DNA of 64,000 nucleotides from Paraspadella gotoi (taxonomy: Eukaryota; Animalia; Chaetognatha), in assembly GCA_051294375.1 (NCBI GenBank), contig CM119267.1, positions 3,619,793-3,683,792 on the forward strand, given 5' to 3'. Every line of letters starts with the position of its first letter. The stretch's first letter is position 1. The position numbers and the translations under genes are program-made. Below are positions 48,768 to 62,963 of this stretch, piece by piece. The notes below the pieces were generated by a model. The model saw only the letters and a program-made list of their open reading frames with translations. It ran no database searches and was not told where the DNA came from.

Positions 48768-51700
48768 GGGGAGGGTAGAGAAGGGGGATGGGAGGGTAAG
48801 GTAGGGATGAGGGAGACTCACATCGTTAGGGATATTCTGTTTCGCCTATGGGGTGTCTGATAATTTAATTAAATTCCTTTTTCGAGCGCGCCTTTCTGTA
48901 AAGTATATATCAACATTCATCCGTGCGTTTACTAAATAATTTGAAAAAAACTTGAACGTTGTTATAATTTTAAAATCTTGTTATGTTTGTGGTGATGTGT
49001 GTAAACCCTGGCTACCTTATTTTTATAAATAAATTATTGAATAAATTTCTCTACTGCTGTTTTGTGCTTTAAAAAAGTTAAGCAAGATATAATCTGACTG
49101 TCAGGCTCCTGTATCAAAAGAAAGAAGTATTTATATTATTATAAACTGTATCATAGCCATTGGATCAATGAAAAAATTAGGCGAAATATTTCTGTGACTT
49201 TTTTCTTTTGCGTTGCTCGCAAAAAGTTTAGCGCTGTTTGTTGGAAAATCTGGCTGACGAGAAGGAAACAAATGAACATCAACTGGAAAGAATTATCAAA
49301 TTTTTGATTGGGTTTTGAACAGTAGTTTCATAGAGATTTAATTTTTAATTAAATAATGTTGAAAACTTGAAACTAAATTATTTTGAATATAACTTCTCAC
49401 TTCACTTTTGTCTATGCCTAAATCTAAGCCAAAGAGGGAAAAAATATACTAATACTACTTCATAAGTATCTTGCATATTTACTGTTAAGGCTGAAGCATA
49501 AACAAACATCAAACGTCAGAGCAAGGACGGGATTCACTTTATTGGAAATTCTAAGAAGGAAAGAAACGGGAGAGAGAGAGGTGGAGGGAGTGGAGGAGAA
49601 TCCGCGGTTCCCGAGGAGGTCGAGAGAGGAAAAGGGTCAAAGGTCAAAGTCGCAAAAGCCGACCATCATAGAAGGAAGATAAGAGGCATAAGCCCGAGAC
49701 AATTGCCGCGGGGGTGGTGGCCCGGGGTTGGAGCCGGGCCGAGGGTCGTCGCGGTGATTTGTTTGTTTATCTCGACTGCAGAGCCGTCCGCGGGGCTCGA
49801 GGAAGACGGTCCGACACGAAAAAAGTAAAGGAAACATAAAAGACGTTGCTGCTTGTAGAATCCAGTTCGGTTGTTTAGACGGCGTTGGTGGGGGATATAT
49901 AGGGATGGCGAGTGGGTGAGGTGGGCACTGGAGAGAGAGAGGACTTTCACCTCGTTACGTTCTCTGAATGCAAATCACTTTTTCTTTAATCCGCCGGACA
50001 AAAGGTCCCCGACTTTTAAAGATAGGGAAGCGAGTTTTTTGACACAAGGTTAAGCGACAAACGTGGCAGCTCTTGTTTTTTTTTTGGTTTTATTTTGCGG
50101 TTTAAAAATTTCTATTTCAACACGAACACCGCTTCTTTTTAAGCCAGATAATGATAGCGGATTTTCCCTTGATTCTCTGGCTCTAGTCCAACACCCCAAC
50201 GAGGGAACTCGATTCCGATAAGACGCGTCTCAAAAGCTCTTAACCCCTGAGCCCTTCCGACCCGCCGCCCCCCTCCGCCCCACCACCTCGCCCGCTTGGA
50301 GCCGAATCGATTTCCCTCCGCCTTCATTTTTCCGCCTCCGAACCCCAGATTTTCGAATCCACTCACGATCAAGAATCAATATCGAAGACGACAAAGACGA
50401 AGCTTGTAAACGACGACGACAACGAATCGATTGCAAGCCTGAACTACGTAAATTATTCGACATAAAAAAAAAGAAATCAAAATCAATTTTAAAACAATAA
50501 TAACTGAAAAAAAAAAGGTAATTTGAATAAAAACGATGATTAATAAAAAGAATCAAGACGTCGGGTTATTTTTAAAAAAAATTAAACGGCTAATATTAAT
50601 TAGTTTTGATATTAAATTTAAAACGCCCTCTCTCGTCGCCGCTACCGTCAATTTCTTTTCTTTCGTCAGCTACTCTGTATTCCTGCGTCGATCGCCCACG
50701 TTGTCCAGCGGAGGCGCTTTCCCCCCCCCTCTTTCGTTGCTCTCCTCCATCTCGGCAGTAAATTAGAAGGAGCCCTTATCCAGATGCGCCTCGGGCCAAA
50801 GAGGTTCGAGGCAAGGTCGACAGGGTGAGCAGGGTCGCAGGGCCCGCCGACCCTGCGAAAAGTTTTTGGCAGGGTATGGTCGACAGACTTGAGCAGGGTC
50901 TTTAGGTTATTTTGGGTCGCGAAGCCATGCAGGCTCAAAAAAGTTTCCTTCTCCATATGCGAGGCGAGTAAGGATCTCTCTTCCTCCTGCTCCCCCCCCC
51001 TCCTCCTCCCCTTTCACCTCAGTTCACGGTCATCGGTGATCAAAGGAGATTTTTTTTTCTCCTTTTCGGTCTCTCCTTTTTGGCAGGAATGTGAGAGCCA
51101 CTGATGAAAAAGGATTTTTAGAGAGCAAAGGTTTTTTTTCCCCCTTTTTTGTTACAATGTGTCGTGAGAATGGATTTACAAGCGGGAAGCGTGAGGAATT
51201 AAATTAAATTATTAATTAATAATTATTAATATTTTGTATATAATATAGAGATGTTTTTAAAGGAAGAAAGACGATTAATAGATATGCACGCGGCGATCGT
51301 TCTCGGTCGCGTGGTTTTTTTTATGAACTTCTCTACAGTTTCTTATTCCTTTTCGTATCTCTAATTGATTCTATGGAAATTCGAACATACAGGGCATTCG
51401 TATTCTTAATATTCATATTTCTTATTCATAACATATTCATCATACCATAACCTCAAACTTTTCTCTTTAGTTTAGCCTCTCTCGTTCCCTAATCATTATT
51501 CACCGATGATTACGATCACTAGCGTCGCTCATCACCATTTTAAGGACGCCATCTTTAAAACTTAAGCGGAAAGTTTTACAACTTTTTTCGTCGTTGAAAA
51601 CGCCATTTGTCTATGCATAATTTTCCTTTTTTCCGCGTTTGCATTTATTTTCTCGCTCATTTATATTAGTATTAACTCCCAAAAGAATTTGCGCTTCTAT

Positions 51701-51889
51701 TCTGATTGACGTGGTCAGTGGTCACATATTTACAATGGAAATTTATTTAAATTTTATAATTTAATTTCATCTGACATACTTAAATTTTTTCCCAATAATC
51801 TCGCTTATCATTTTTCTCCTTTTTTTTTATTCATCCTGAACAAGTTTGCGTAGTGCCCATTCTGAGCACTTTTCTCCCCCGCCCCTTTA

Positions 51890-52854
51890 AGTTTAACCAG
51901 TTTGCACATCCTGATCCTCTGTTTGCATTTTATCTCTTTGCCCCTAACCATTTTCCTATCCCGTTCCTCTGTTTGCATTTTTCTTTACCGCCCCNNNNNN
52001 NNNNNNNNNNNNNNNNNNNNNNNNNNNNNNNNNNNNNNNNNNNNNNNNNNNNNNNNNNNNNNNNNNNNNNNNNNNNNNNNNNNNNNNNNNNNNNNNNNNN
52101 NNNNNNNNNNNNNNNNNNNNNNNNNNNNNNNNNNNNNNNNNNNNNNNNNNNNNNNNNNNNNNNNNNNNNNNNNNNNNNNNNNNNNNNNNNNNNNNNNNNN
52201 NNNNNNNNNNNCCCCTTTATCCAGTTTGCACATCCTGTTCCTCTGTTTGCATTTTCTTTCTCTGCCCCTTCAACCGAATTTGGAAGTGGTTCACATATTC
52301 CATTCCTGTTTTTTCTCCCTTTTTCCCTTTCCCACTCTTCAAATTTGTCCCCACGGCCNNNNNNNNNNNNNNNNNNNNNNNNNNNNNNNNNNNNNNNNNN
52401 NNNNNNNNNNNNNNNNNNNNNNNNNNNNNNNNNNNNNNNNNNNNNNNNNNNNNNNNNNNNNNNNNNNNNNNNNNNNNNNNNNNNNNNNNNNNNNNNNNNN
52501 NNNNNNNNNNNNNNNNNNNNNNNNNNNNNNNNNNNNNNNNNNNNNNNNNNNNNNNNNNNNNNNNNNNNNNNNNNNNNNNNNNNNNNNNNNNNNNNNNNNN
52601 NNNNNNNNNNNNNNNNNGGGCCGAGGCGTCGTCATGGCAACGACGACGACGACAATGACGGTGTCAACGACGACGACGATCCGGATGATCACGAAGCCGA
52701 CGACGACAACGACGACGATGAGCTAAACATTCCCGTTAACCTCGTCGACAAATTTTCAAGATTCGCCCGGCTTTTTTTTTTTGAGGAAAACGGACGCTAA
52801 CGAAAAACCATCAGGTCATTAAAATTTGCATAATACTACATTTTGTAAAAGTCT

Positions 52855-52931
<77 letters not shown>

Positions 52932-54043
52932 CACCCCCCTTCATTTTTCCTATCCACCCTCTCGTTCCGCCTCGCATTAAAAACGGATACGCCGAGACAA
53001 AGAAAAAAAGTTTTAAAATAAAAACCGAGCTCGATTCGACGTCCCCACGAATTTAACGTCGGAGGAAAAAAAAAAAGAAAGAAAAAAAGAAAACCGCGAA
53101 AACAGTTTGGTTGCTTTTTTATTTCCGAAACGGCGCTCGTAAAGTAATGATTAAATCGTAAATATTTTCGAAATGGACCGTCTTCCGACAACAAAGACGA
53201 CGAAGACAACGATAAACGAGAATAAGCGACATTAAACACGGTTTTTTTTTCCCTCCGTTACGAAACGGNNNNNNNNNNNNNNNNNNNNNNNNNNNNNNNN
53301 NNNNNNNNNNNNNNNNNNNNNNNNNNNNNNNNNNNNNNNNNNNNNNNNNNNNNNNNNNNNNNNNNNNNNNNNNNNNNNNNNNNNNNNNNNNNNNNNNNNN
53401 NNNNNNNNNNNNNNNNNNNNNNNNNNNNNNNNNNNNNNNNNNNNNNNNNNAATGCGAGTCTGTAGATTTTTCTGTTTTGATTTTGACAGAAAGTCGCTCA
53501 TAAATATTGAAGCGGAATCGGGTCGTGGAGGCGAAAGGGTTAGGGAGGAAGGGAAGGGAGGAGGGATAGTCTTGGGAGAAAAGGGAGGTTAGACGAACGG
53601 TTAGGAGGGGGAGAGGGGAACCGTCTTAACTCTTGAGGGAGAGGAAGGACCAATAGGAAGATGAGCTCGCTCGGTGAAGTCTCTTCGTAATCTGTTTCGG
53701 AGGGAATTCGAAGACCATACAAACAGATATATGTATTACGAGAGAGGATATTACTAAAAGTCGGCGAGATTAATCATAAATTAATTAGATTAATTAGTCA
53801 TGAAGAGAAAATTAATAGTTTATAATTTAACTCCAAAGGGTTGAGAATCTCCAATATTGAGTTGAAGAAAGGGCAAAGAACTGCTGGCGCTGTTGTTCCG
53901 CCAGAGTAAAGAAATTGCTGAGACATTTACTGTCGCGACGTCTCGTTGTCGGAGACGGAGAGAAACCGCGGGAAGCCGAGCGACGGCAGCGACACCGCGC
54001 GGCCGTGTTATGGAGTCGTCATTAAGCGGAGAAATCTTGTAGG

Positions 54044-54074
<31 letters not shown>

Positions 54075-54226
54075 NNNNNNNNNNNNNNNNNNNNNNNNNN
54101 NNNNNNNNNNNNNNNNNNNNNNNNNNNNNNNNNNNNNNNNNNNNNNNNNNNNNNNNNNNNNNNNNNNNNNNNNNNNNNNNNNNNNNNNNNNNNNNNNNNN
54201 NNNNNNNNNNNNNNNNNNNNNNNNNN
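51890..54226. other. Assembly gaps flanked by simple and tandem repeats
   Basis: N runs at 51995-52211, 52359-52617, 53269-53450, 54075-54226. The unit ccagtttgcacatcctgNtcctctgtttgcatttt occurs on both sides of the first gap; (CT)n tracts nearby. Confidence 0.9.
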
Positions 54227-54576
54227 TCGTCGTCGTTCTCGACTGTTTAATCTTCGCTGCGGATGAGGCATCGAACTCCCTTCCGAGACGATTAAAAACG
54301 CTCACCGGATCCAGTCAGGACTCGGGGAAAGGCAAGTCTAATCTCTTCTTTTTTTATTAATCTATCCTTGTTTAATTATTTATGCTCTCGGTTTCGTTTC
54401 GCCATAGATCTTTAATGGATTTATTGTTGTCGTTTTGTTTTGCGTTTCTTTGTTTTTCAGTCCTTTTTTTTTCTTCTATCTTTTGTTTTTGCTATGAAGG
54501 CGTCGTGTTTTTTTGTTTTTTTTATCAATTTAACTAGATTGATTCTATCTTTTCTTTCTTTCTTTCTTTCTTTTTT

Positions 54577-54608
<32 letters not shown>

Positions 54609-56352
54609 TTTTTCTTTCTTTCTTTCAAAGAGAGTTTTTCTTCGTCCTTTTCATTCATTGGTTTTCTCTCTCTCTTCCCACCATCAGGCTAATAATTGTC
54701 TGGCCTCTCTTTCACGCCAAGATTTTACGAGAGGAGTAGGCTAACTAGACTGGGAGATGGAAGGGAGAGCAATGGAGAGAAGAGAGAAGAAGGAGAGAGA
54801 GGAAGGAGAGTGATGAGAGAGAGAACGAGTTGAGAGAGAGAGAAGAGAGAGAAAGAGAAGTAGATAAAGGATGAGCGCCGAGGCGAATAAAGATAGAGAC
54901 AGGGACATGAAATAAAAAAAGAAGAAAAGGAAGGAAGGACAGAGAGCAAACTGCAAAAGGTAAATTATATGATGTTCATGTTGGGAAAAACAGAAAGAAT
55001 AAGTGAAGACGTGAAGGAAAGAATAGAGGAAAGAATAGAGGAAATGAGAGAAGAAAAGTAAATGGAAAACGCCGCAGAGGGAGAGAGAGAGAGAGAGAGA
55101 ATGTTGATAATCTATCGGGTAAAAAGTAGGGAAAGGAGAAAAAGAATTGGCAGAATGGGGTGGAAAGAACGAATTTTCTCAAAAAAGAAAAGACTTGAGC
55201 AAAAGAAATCCAAAACATTTGGAAATATTTTTTCGTTTTTTTTTAGGAATTTTGAAAAAAATATTTTTTTTCATGATTCAACAATTCCTCAATTTTCTGT
55301 TCTTCAAAAAAAACAACAAAAAAACAAAACAATGAGAAGCAAAAAATGCTTCATTTATTCGAATTTGATTCTTTTAATTAATTCACTCCAAATTTAAATA
55401 TTTTGCAAATACTGATAATCTAAGATTCTAAATTTCCGATGACGTTTAAAAATTTCACTCTTCTAATTATGATTATTGTATGGCATAAGCGCAAAAAAAA
55501 AAATCTATTTTGAGAAAGTTTATAACTGAAAGAGAGTGAGAGAGAGATGATCGTCTCCATCTCTCTCATCACATCCTCACCCTCTCCAAAATGTGAAGGG
55601 AATGGCGTTCTTGAATCTTGAAGCATAAAAAATATATAATTGCTGGTCTTTTCTTGGCAGTTGGGAAAATTTGTTTTTAATCCTCCCCTTTCACTCTTTC
55701 TCTCTTTCTTGCTTTCTGGATTTGAAGTCTGGCAAAGAGAAAAACGAGTCGACTGGATCCGCAGAATTTTTTTAGCCCATTGAAAAAAATAAAACTTACT
55801 CATTTTTTCTATTCTAGTTTCTACGTTCGATGCAATTTATTTTTTTTATGTATTTATTTATTTAATTCAAAGGCAAAGTCTTAGAATTTTGTTTGGTAAC
55901 CATGAGCTCGCATCCGTAAAGCTGAGGCGCCTTATGAGAACAGCTGAATAAAAAAATATTTTTCATAACGTCAAAGATTTGAATTTAATTTTTAAGAGAA
56001 AATAAAATGTTCCTAAAGTTTTACATGCTTTATATTATAAATTATAAATTTTAAAAAGGACTGTATATTTTACTTTACGCGTACGTTGAAAAATAACTCT
56101 CGGGATTAATGAGGGGTTAACGAAGAGGAAGAAAAATACTATTGCATTGTAAAAATAATAATATTGCGTCCGTGATATACTAAAAGATTATTATTAAGAT
56201 TATGATTAAGATTAATCCATTTATTTTTCGCATGAAAAAAAAAAATATGCCAACAGCGAAAAGTTGAATCCGAACTAAAACATGCGTCACTCAAGGGCGA
56301 AAGGAATCCTTGCCTGTTTATGCAAAAGGAAAATGACTGGAATTTCTGTCCG

Positions 56353-56422
<70 letters not shown>

Positions 56423-57000
56423 ATTTGGGAAAACTAGGACTAATTCTGTTCCAAGAGCCTCTTTTTTTTCGCAGAGGCGATAAAAATGAGAGAAGGAAAA
56501 AAAGAAAAGCGTTTTGGAGGAAATCAACATAAGCGTTTAATGTTTATATTAGTAATAAGAAGATCATCAGTTTTAACATTAGAATTTTCAGTTTATTCAG
56601 AGTATTTTAATCGTATGTTTCGTAAGCACGAGTTCATTTCTAGACGAATTATGATGATTAGTTAACACGAGCTTTTTTATGGATTATTTATCAGATTATT
56701 TCCGATCAAATTATGTATAAACATTTCTTATTATGCTCCATCTAAAAATTCGTCAAATTACTGCAATTCCACTGGAGATAATATTACCATGACCAATTTT
56801 ACCAAGTTAAGAGGAGAAATAATGGCGCGGCGAAGTTTGATGGGAATGAATATCCAATCGCATTTCTCGGAAAAGCGCAGACCCGATTGCCTCGAGGAGG
56901 AGGCAGAACTCTAATAACCAGAATCACGAAAAAGGGCCATCGTAATCACTGGAGATGATGACTACTCACCGACCGTCGAACGGGACGCGGTCGTCATGAC

Positions 57001-57490
57001 GACCCTAAATCGGAATCGGATTTTCTCACGGTCGATTGGACAATACGGAGAGACGGATCGGAAATTGGGTCGGTTCTCTCACCCTGATCCTTACCCTTAG
57101 CCGAAGCAGAAAGCGATTGGCTACTCGATGGAGGGGACGACGAATCGGAGACCACGTGACAACGTGACCTCAATTTCGAAAAGGGGTCTCCATTTGCGGT
57201 GGGAAGCGATGGACGTTAATGTTTCCAAAATGTTGGGAGAGATGACAGGGGGGTCAGTGAGCACGAGACCCTAAATCGGAATCGGGAATTTCTCACGGTC
57301 GATTGAACAATACGGAGAGGACGGATCGGAAATCTGGGTCGGTCTCCCACCCTGATCCTTACCCTTAGCCGAAGCAGAAGCGATTGGCTACTGATGGAGG
57401 GGACGACGAATCGGAGACCAGCTGAAACAAGTGACCTCAATTTCGAAAGGGGTCTCATTTGCGGGGGGAGGAGGATGGGAAGTCAATGTT
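57001..57490. repeat. Indel-rich direct repeat of ~225 bp
   Basis: 57001-57225 vs 57267-57490, both starting gaccctaaatcggaatcgg. Confidence 0.8.
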
Positions 57491-57514
57491 GGGAGAAGAT
57501 TGAGGCAGGGGGGG

Positions 57515-57928
57515 GAGCGGAAACAGGAATGATTTATAACAACGCTAGATGTGATTTATGTTATGTTATTAGTTAAAATGTTTTTAATATTGTTGGAATT
57601 CTTGCCTTATACCTTACGTCGTTTTCCTCTTTCTTTACTTTTGTTCCAATATTGGATCCGAACTTTTAAATCTCTCTCTCTCTCTTTCTCTCTCTCTCTC
57701 CTCTCTTCTCTCTCTCTTCTCTCTCTCCTACTCTCTCCTCTCCTCTTTCCTCTATCATCTCTCCGTTCAACTGACTCTAGCGTTCACAAGCACCATGGCC
57801 GATCCCGACACAGAAAGAACATAAAGAGCTTCTGGTCCATTTGACTACTCAGAAAAATCGCCCGTCCGATAATTGAGGAATGTTAGAGCGGATGCACCGG
57901 GGCCTTGGCCGCCTCCACTTCCGGTACG

Positions 57929-58003
<75 letters not shown>

Positions 58004-58681
58004 TGGAAAGGCGGGGTGGGCGCGGGGGGGGGTAGAAACTTGAGACGTAAATTTAGCGTCCTGTGGCGTCAGAGAGTTGGAGTGGATTCGTTTGCACATG
58101 GAAATTTTAGTCGCTGGGCTTTCTTAACAGTATTAACGAACATGTTAAAGAAGGTCAAAAATATAGTTACATTTTGAACATTCGATTCCTGCACACAAGA
58201 CTTAATTTCTCTTCCCTTTGAGTCGATCGACTGTGTAATAAAAAGATTAAAGTTGGAAAAACTTTTCTTTTCCGCTCTTTTGTTTAAATTTAAAAGTTTG
58301 TGTCTTCGTCCAAATTGGAAGGGTAATTTTTTTCCCCCTTGGTTTTAAATTTGAAAGACTTTCCAAGAAATGATGTTCTAGGAACGGCCATCACCGTCCC
58401 GGAATTATGCGTGAATCGCGCCTTGTACGGTAGATCCGCTTGAACTGTTTTAAGCTTTTTATATTCGGAAGAGTCGGAGGTTTTAACGAGGTCCAAATAT
58501 TATTTTAAAATTTTGAAATTATAAAGATTATAAAATAAAATAAAATACAAAAATTATAAAAATAATAGAAAGAGACTCGTTATATTTATCAGATCTAGCG
58601 TATGAAGGGAAAATTTCGCGTCAAGGATGTGACGTAAAATCGAACTGCGTACTGTATTGTCAAGTTGTCACTTGGTCAGTG

Positions 58682-58714
<33 letters not shown>

Positions 58715-59074
58715 CGATAGAGAGAGAGAGAGGAGAGAGAGACAGAGAGACGACTGAGAAACTCAGAACATCGCAAGTTTATGTTAAACTTAAGAAAGAA
58801 GACTGAAAAGGTTGAACCTGTCANNNNNNNNNNNNNNNNNNNNNNNNNGAGCGGAAACAGGAATGATTTATAAAAACACGCTAGAGTGGTGAATTTATGT
58901 TATGTTTATGGTTAGTTACAAATGTTTTTAATATTGTTGGAAGATTATTAATGAGCTTGCCTTATACCTGTAGCGTCGTTTTCCTTTCTTTACTTTTTGT
59001 CCCAATGATTAGGATCCGAACTTTTAAAAACTCTCTCTCTCTCCTCTCGTCTCTCTCTCTCTCTCTGCTCTCTG

Positions 59075-59105
<31 letters not shown>

Positions 59106-59710
59106 TCTCTCTCTGCTCTCTTCTCTCTCTCTCTTTCAGTTCTCGACGTCCTCACAGCGTTTCAAAACCTGGCCTCCCCGAACGAAAAAAGAACATAAAG
59201 GAGCTTCGGTTCCATTTGACTACTCAGAAAAATCGCCGTCCGATAATTGAGGAATGTTGAGCGGATGCAGCCGGGGCCTGTTGGGCCGCCTCGCACTTCC
59301 GGTACGGAAGAGAGAGAAGAGGGAAGAGATGAGAGAGAGAGAGGAAAGAGAGAGAGAGAAAAGAAGGAAAGGGCAGTGGTGGCGCGGGGGGCGGAAAACC
59401 TGGAGACGTAATTAGCGTCGTGGCGTCAGAGAGTTGGAGTGATGCGTTCGACATGGAAATTAGTCGTGGGGCTTTCTTAACAGTATTAATCGAACATGTT
59501 ATAAAAGAAGTTCAAAATATAGTTAATTTTGGAACATTCGAATGCCTGACAGTCAAGACTTTTTTTCTTCGCCTTGATTGTCGATCGAGCTGGAATAAAA
59601 AGATAAAAGTTGGAGAAAAAACTTGTTCTTTTCGCTGCTCTTTTGTTTAAAATTTATAAAGAGGTTTGGGTGTCTTCGTCCAAACATGAAGGAGTAATTT
59701 TTTTTTCCCT
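57515..59710. repeat. ~820-bp duplicated segment flanking a 25-N gap (probable assembly artefact)
   Basis: 57515-58335 vs 58849-59710, differing mainly by 1-nt indels; gap at 58824-58848. Confidence 0.8.
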
Positions 59711-60994
59711 CCGATCAAACTCAAAGAATTTTTTTTCTCTCATCGAGTTTCAAGGTTGAGATTATAAAAAGTTGGCTTAAGGTCGCGGATCGACTTCAAT
59801 TCAAAATTAAATGGATTAGGCTAAGAACGAGCTCGATTTCGAAGGAGAGCTCGCGACGATTCCGAAAATGTAGTTCACTTTGACTATTTTTTTCAAAGGC
59901 GTCATCGTTTTTTTTTTTCGATTTTTTTTTTGTACTATATAAATAAAAGAAACCTATTTGAAGAGTTGCCAGACCAAACGGTAAGCGAGGTTTCTCATGA
60001 AATTTGGGCATGAATTTCTTTAGGTCACGGACTGCCAATTCTATGAAAGATATTTCAAAATTTGCCTTGCCGTTCATAGAAATTTGTATTATTTTAGTCA
60101 ATTTTTGGGATTAATTCCTTTTGATAATCTTTGAAACGAAAAAATTTTTTTCAAAACGCGCTCATAGAATCTTCCCCCAAAACCGCCTTTCCTTTCCTTG
60201 CTCCAAGGATATTTTTTCTTCAGAAGAGAGTCCAACGGTTTTGAGCTGGCAACTCTTCGTTTTTAACTTCTCTTCGTCGAAGAAAGTTAAATTCTGTACT
60301 CATTACTCTTGCAAGATTCACCTCAACATACAACAAACGACGGGATGTGATGATGGAGTTTTGTTCAACGCCGATTCTTAAAATAAACGGGCTTACTGTT
60401 TTTAAATTTTCTGTTAATTACGTCTGTTCAGGTATTTATTTTTTTTTTTCAGAGAGTTCGCCTACGAAAGATGAGGGGCAAGTATTTTATGATTGATAAA
60501 ATTTGCGATAATAGTAAAAAGTCAAATTGAAATAATTGGAGGAAAACTCTATAAAACTGTTCATGAAAGCAGTGAAAAGAGAACCGGTCCAGGGAAGAAA
60601 TGTGTAGATTAGTTAATTGTTAGGATTATGTAGTGATACAACTCCAAGTACGTCTTGCAAGAAACGGCGGCCAGAACAGAAGAATTAAGAATTATAAGAG
60701 TAGAGAATTGAGCTTCCTAGTAATAAGAATCAGTTTTTAAAAAAAAGTAAAAAAAAATTTTGGTTGTAAAATTTAACCTTAGATAATTTAAAAAAGTATT
60801 TTTCTCTTGAAAAATTATGGTTTTACAAAAAAGGCCCGAAGAATAAATTTTGTTTAAATTTTTTGTATGAACATTTAGGTAGATTTTAAGAAGAGTTTTC
60901 AATATGTTTTTAATAGAAAACGCTCTAGGACCGAGAAAGATGATTATATACATTAAATTGAGATTTTAAACAATTTTAGGTTGAGTGATTCCCT

Positions 60995-62932
60995 GGCCTT
61001 AAACGAGGTGAATCGTATGTCTTCGATATATGAGAAGGAGAGCGGAAGAGAGAGGAGAGAGAGAGAGAGCCAGAAGAGAGAAGAAAACAGAGAAAGAGTG
61101 AGTTGGAGAAGAGAAAAAAAAGACTCAAGAGTCAAGATTGATTGTAAACAAAGAAAATTGAAGGATTTGCATTAAAGGAATAACAAAGGCTTCAAAACTT
61201 GGCTCAAATCTTGGCTCAAATCTTGGCTCCAAAATCTCTACTTTTCACCTTCCGGGCTGAATCGAGATGAACAAGAATCGCGTTTGATGCGAAATCCTCG
61301 TTTGCTCGATTTCGTCGTCGTCTATCATCTGTGATATCGTTATCGTTCTTGTTCCTCATCATCTATCATCTTGTGATATCGTTATCTTTTTCATTTTCAT
61401 CATCAATCATCTGTGATATCATTCTTGTCGTGTCTATCGTCTGGATATCGTTATCATTCTTGTCATTGTTTTCTAACATCTGTGATATTGTTATCCTTAT
61501 TGTCATTGTCTTGTATCATCAGTGATATTGCTATCTTTTCTCATGTCGTCGTCATCATCATCGTCTATTCATCTTGTGAGATTGTTATCTTTTTCATGAT
61601 TGTCCATCATCATCTGTAATATTGTTATCTTATTGTCATTGTCTTGTATCATCAGTGATATTGTTATCTTTCTCATTGTTATCGTCATCATCATCGTCTA
61701 TTTATCGTGGTGATATTGTTAACTTTTTCATCATTGTCGTCTATAATCTGTGATATTGTTATCTTTTTCATCATTTGTCGTCTATCATCTTGTGATATTG
61801 TTATTTTTTTTCATCACTTTCGTCTATCATCTGTGATATTGTTATCGTTCTCTCACAGTTTTTTTTCGTTTATGTTTCTTTCTCTTTTTTGTTGGTTTTA
61901 AATACTTTTTCTTTCGTTTTTTTTTCTTCCTTTTTTAAATCTTTCTTTTTTTTTTCTTTCTTTCTTTGGTCTTTCTTTCTTTTTCCTTTTTTTTCTCTTC
62001 TACATGCCTAAATTTTTCTTTTCTTTCCTCTCCATTTATTCCTTTTTCTCTTCACTCTTTCTTTACTTTTTCTCCTTCTTTTCTCCTTCTCGCTGTCTTA
62101 AATTGATTTCCTCCTTTTATACTTTGATTTTTTTTTTTCGTTGCTTTTTGATATTCTCCACATTCTCGTGTTTTTGGTCAGAGCTTTTTTTTTTATCTTT
62201 TTTTATTTTTTTTTAGCTTTTTTTTAAACCCAATTTTTTTTACAGTACCCGACAACCCGTACCGCCTTGAGGGTCCCGTAATCTCTTTCATTTTCCCGCT
62301 CATAACCTTCTGAAAAAGGTTATAGCTTTAGAACCGAGTTACATTTACTGGGAAAGATGATTGAAAATGTTACAGTTGATTTTAAATACGTACAATATAA
62401 AATTAAGATAATACTAAAATAAGACCAGAAACCGTAAATAACGTCACTGTGGTATATATATATATTTATTTTAAATTTTTTACTAATTTAGTAAATATTT
62501 GTGACCTACTTTATTGAAAAATGATTTGGCTTGAATCGTTATAATGTTTACATCGAGAGTGATCTCATTTTGTCCATCGGTTTATGGCTGGTGAAATTAT
62601 GGGAAAGAATTTCACGTTGAATAAAAATGATGAGTAGGAAAAGACGTTACTTTTTAATCTTCAATATCTTCGATATTAACGACGTCACGTCTGCTCCTCG
62701 GATTCACCGTGACGCCCTTTCGGCGAACCAGGAACGAATCTCGGAAAAAAAGGGAAAGACGTATGTGAGAAAAGAAGAAGTAAAAAGAAGAGCAACCAAA
62801 AGTCGAGTAAAGGGCATGAGAGAAATTGAACCCGATCGGCTCCATACGGTAAAAGATTGAGAGAGGGGGAGAGAGGAGAGAGAGGAGAGAGAGGAGAAGA
62901 GAGAGAGAGAGAGAAGAGAGAGAACGAAGAGA

Positions 62933-62963
<31 letters not shown>

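Noticed and set aside
51853-54305. ORFs spanning N runs, including the Asp-rich stretch at 52618-52730
   Set aside because: Open only because of Ns; the (GAC)n-like stretch cannot be assigned to a gene.
56800-59710. Duplicated GC-rich segments as paralogous genes
   Set aside because: No stable reading frame; copies differ by scattered single-base indels and flank a gap, typical of unpolished long-read or haplotype duplication.
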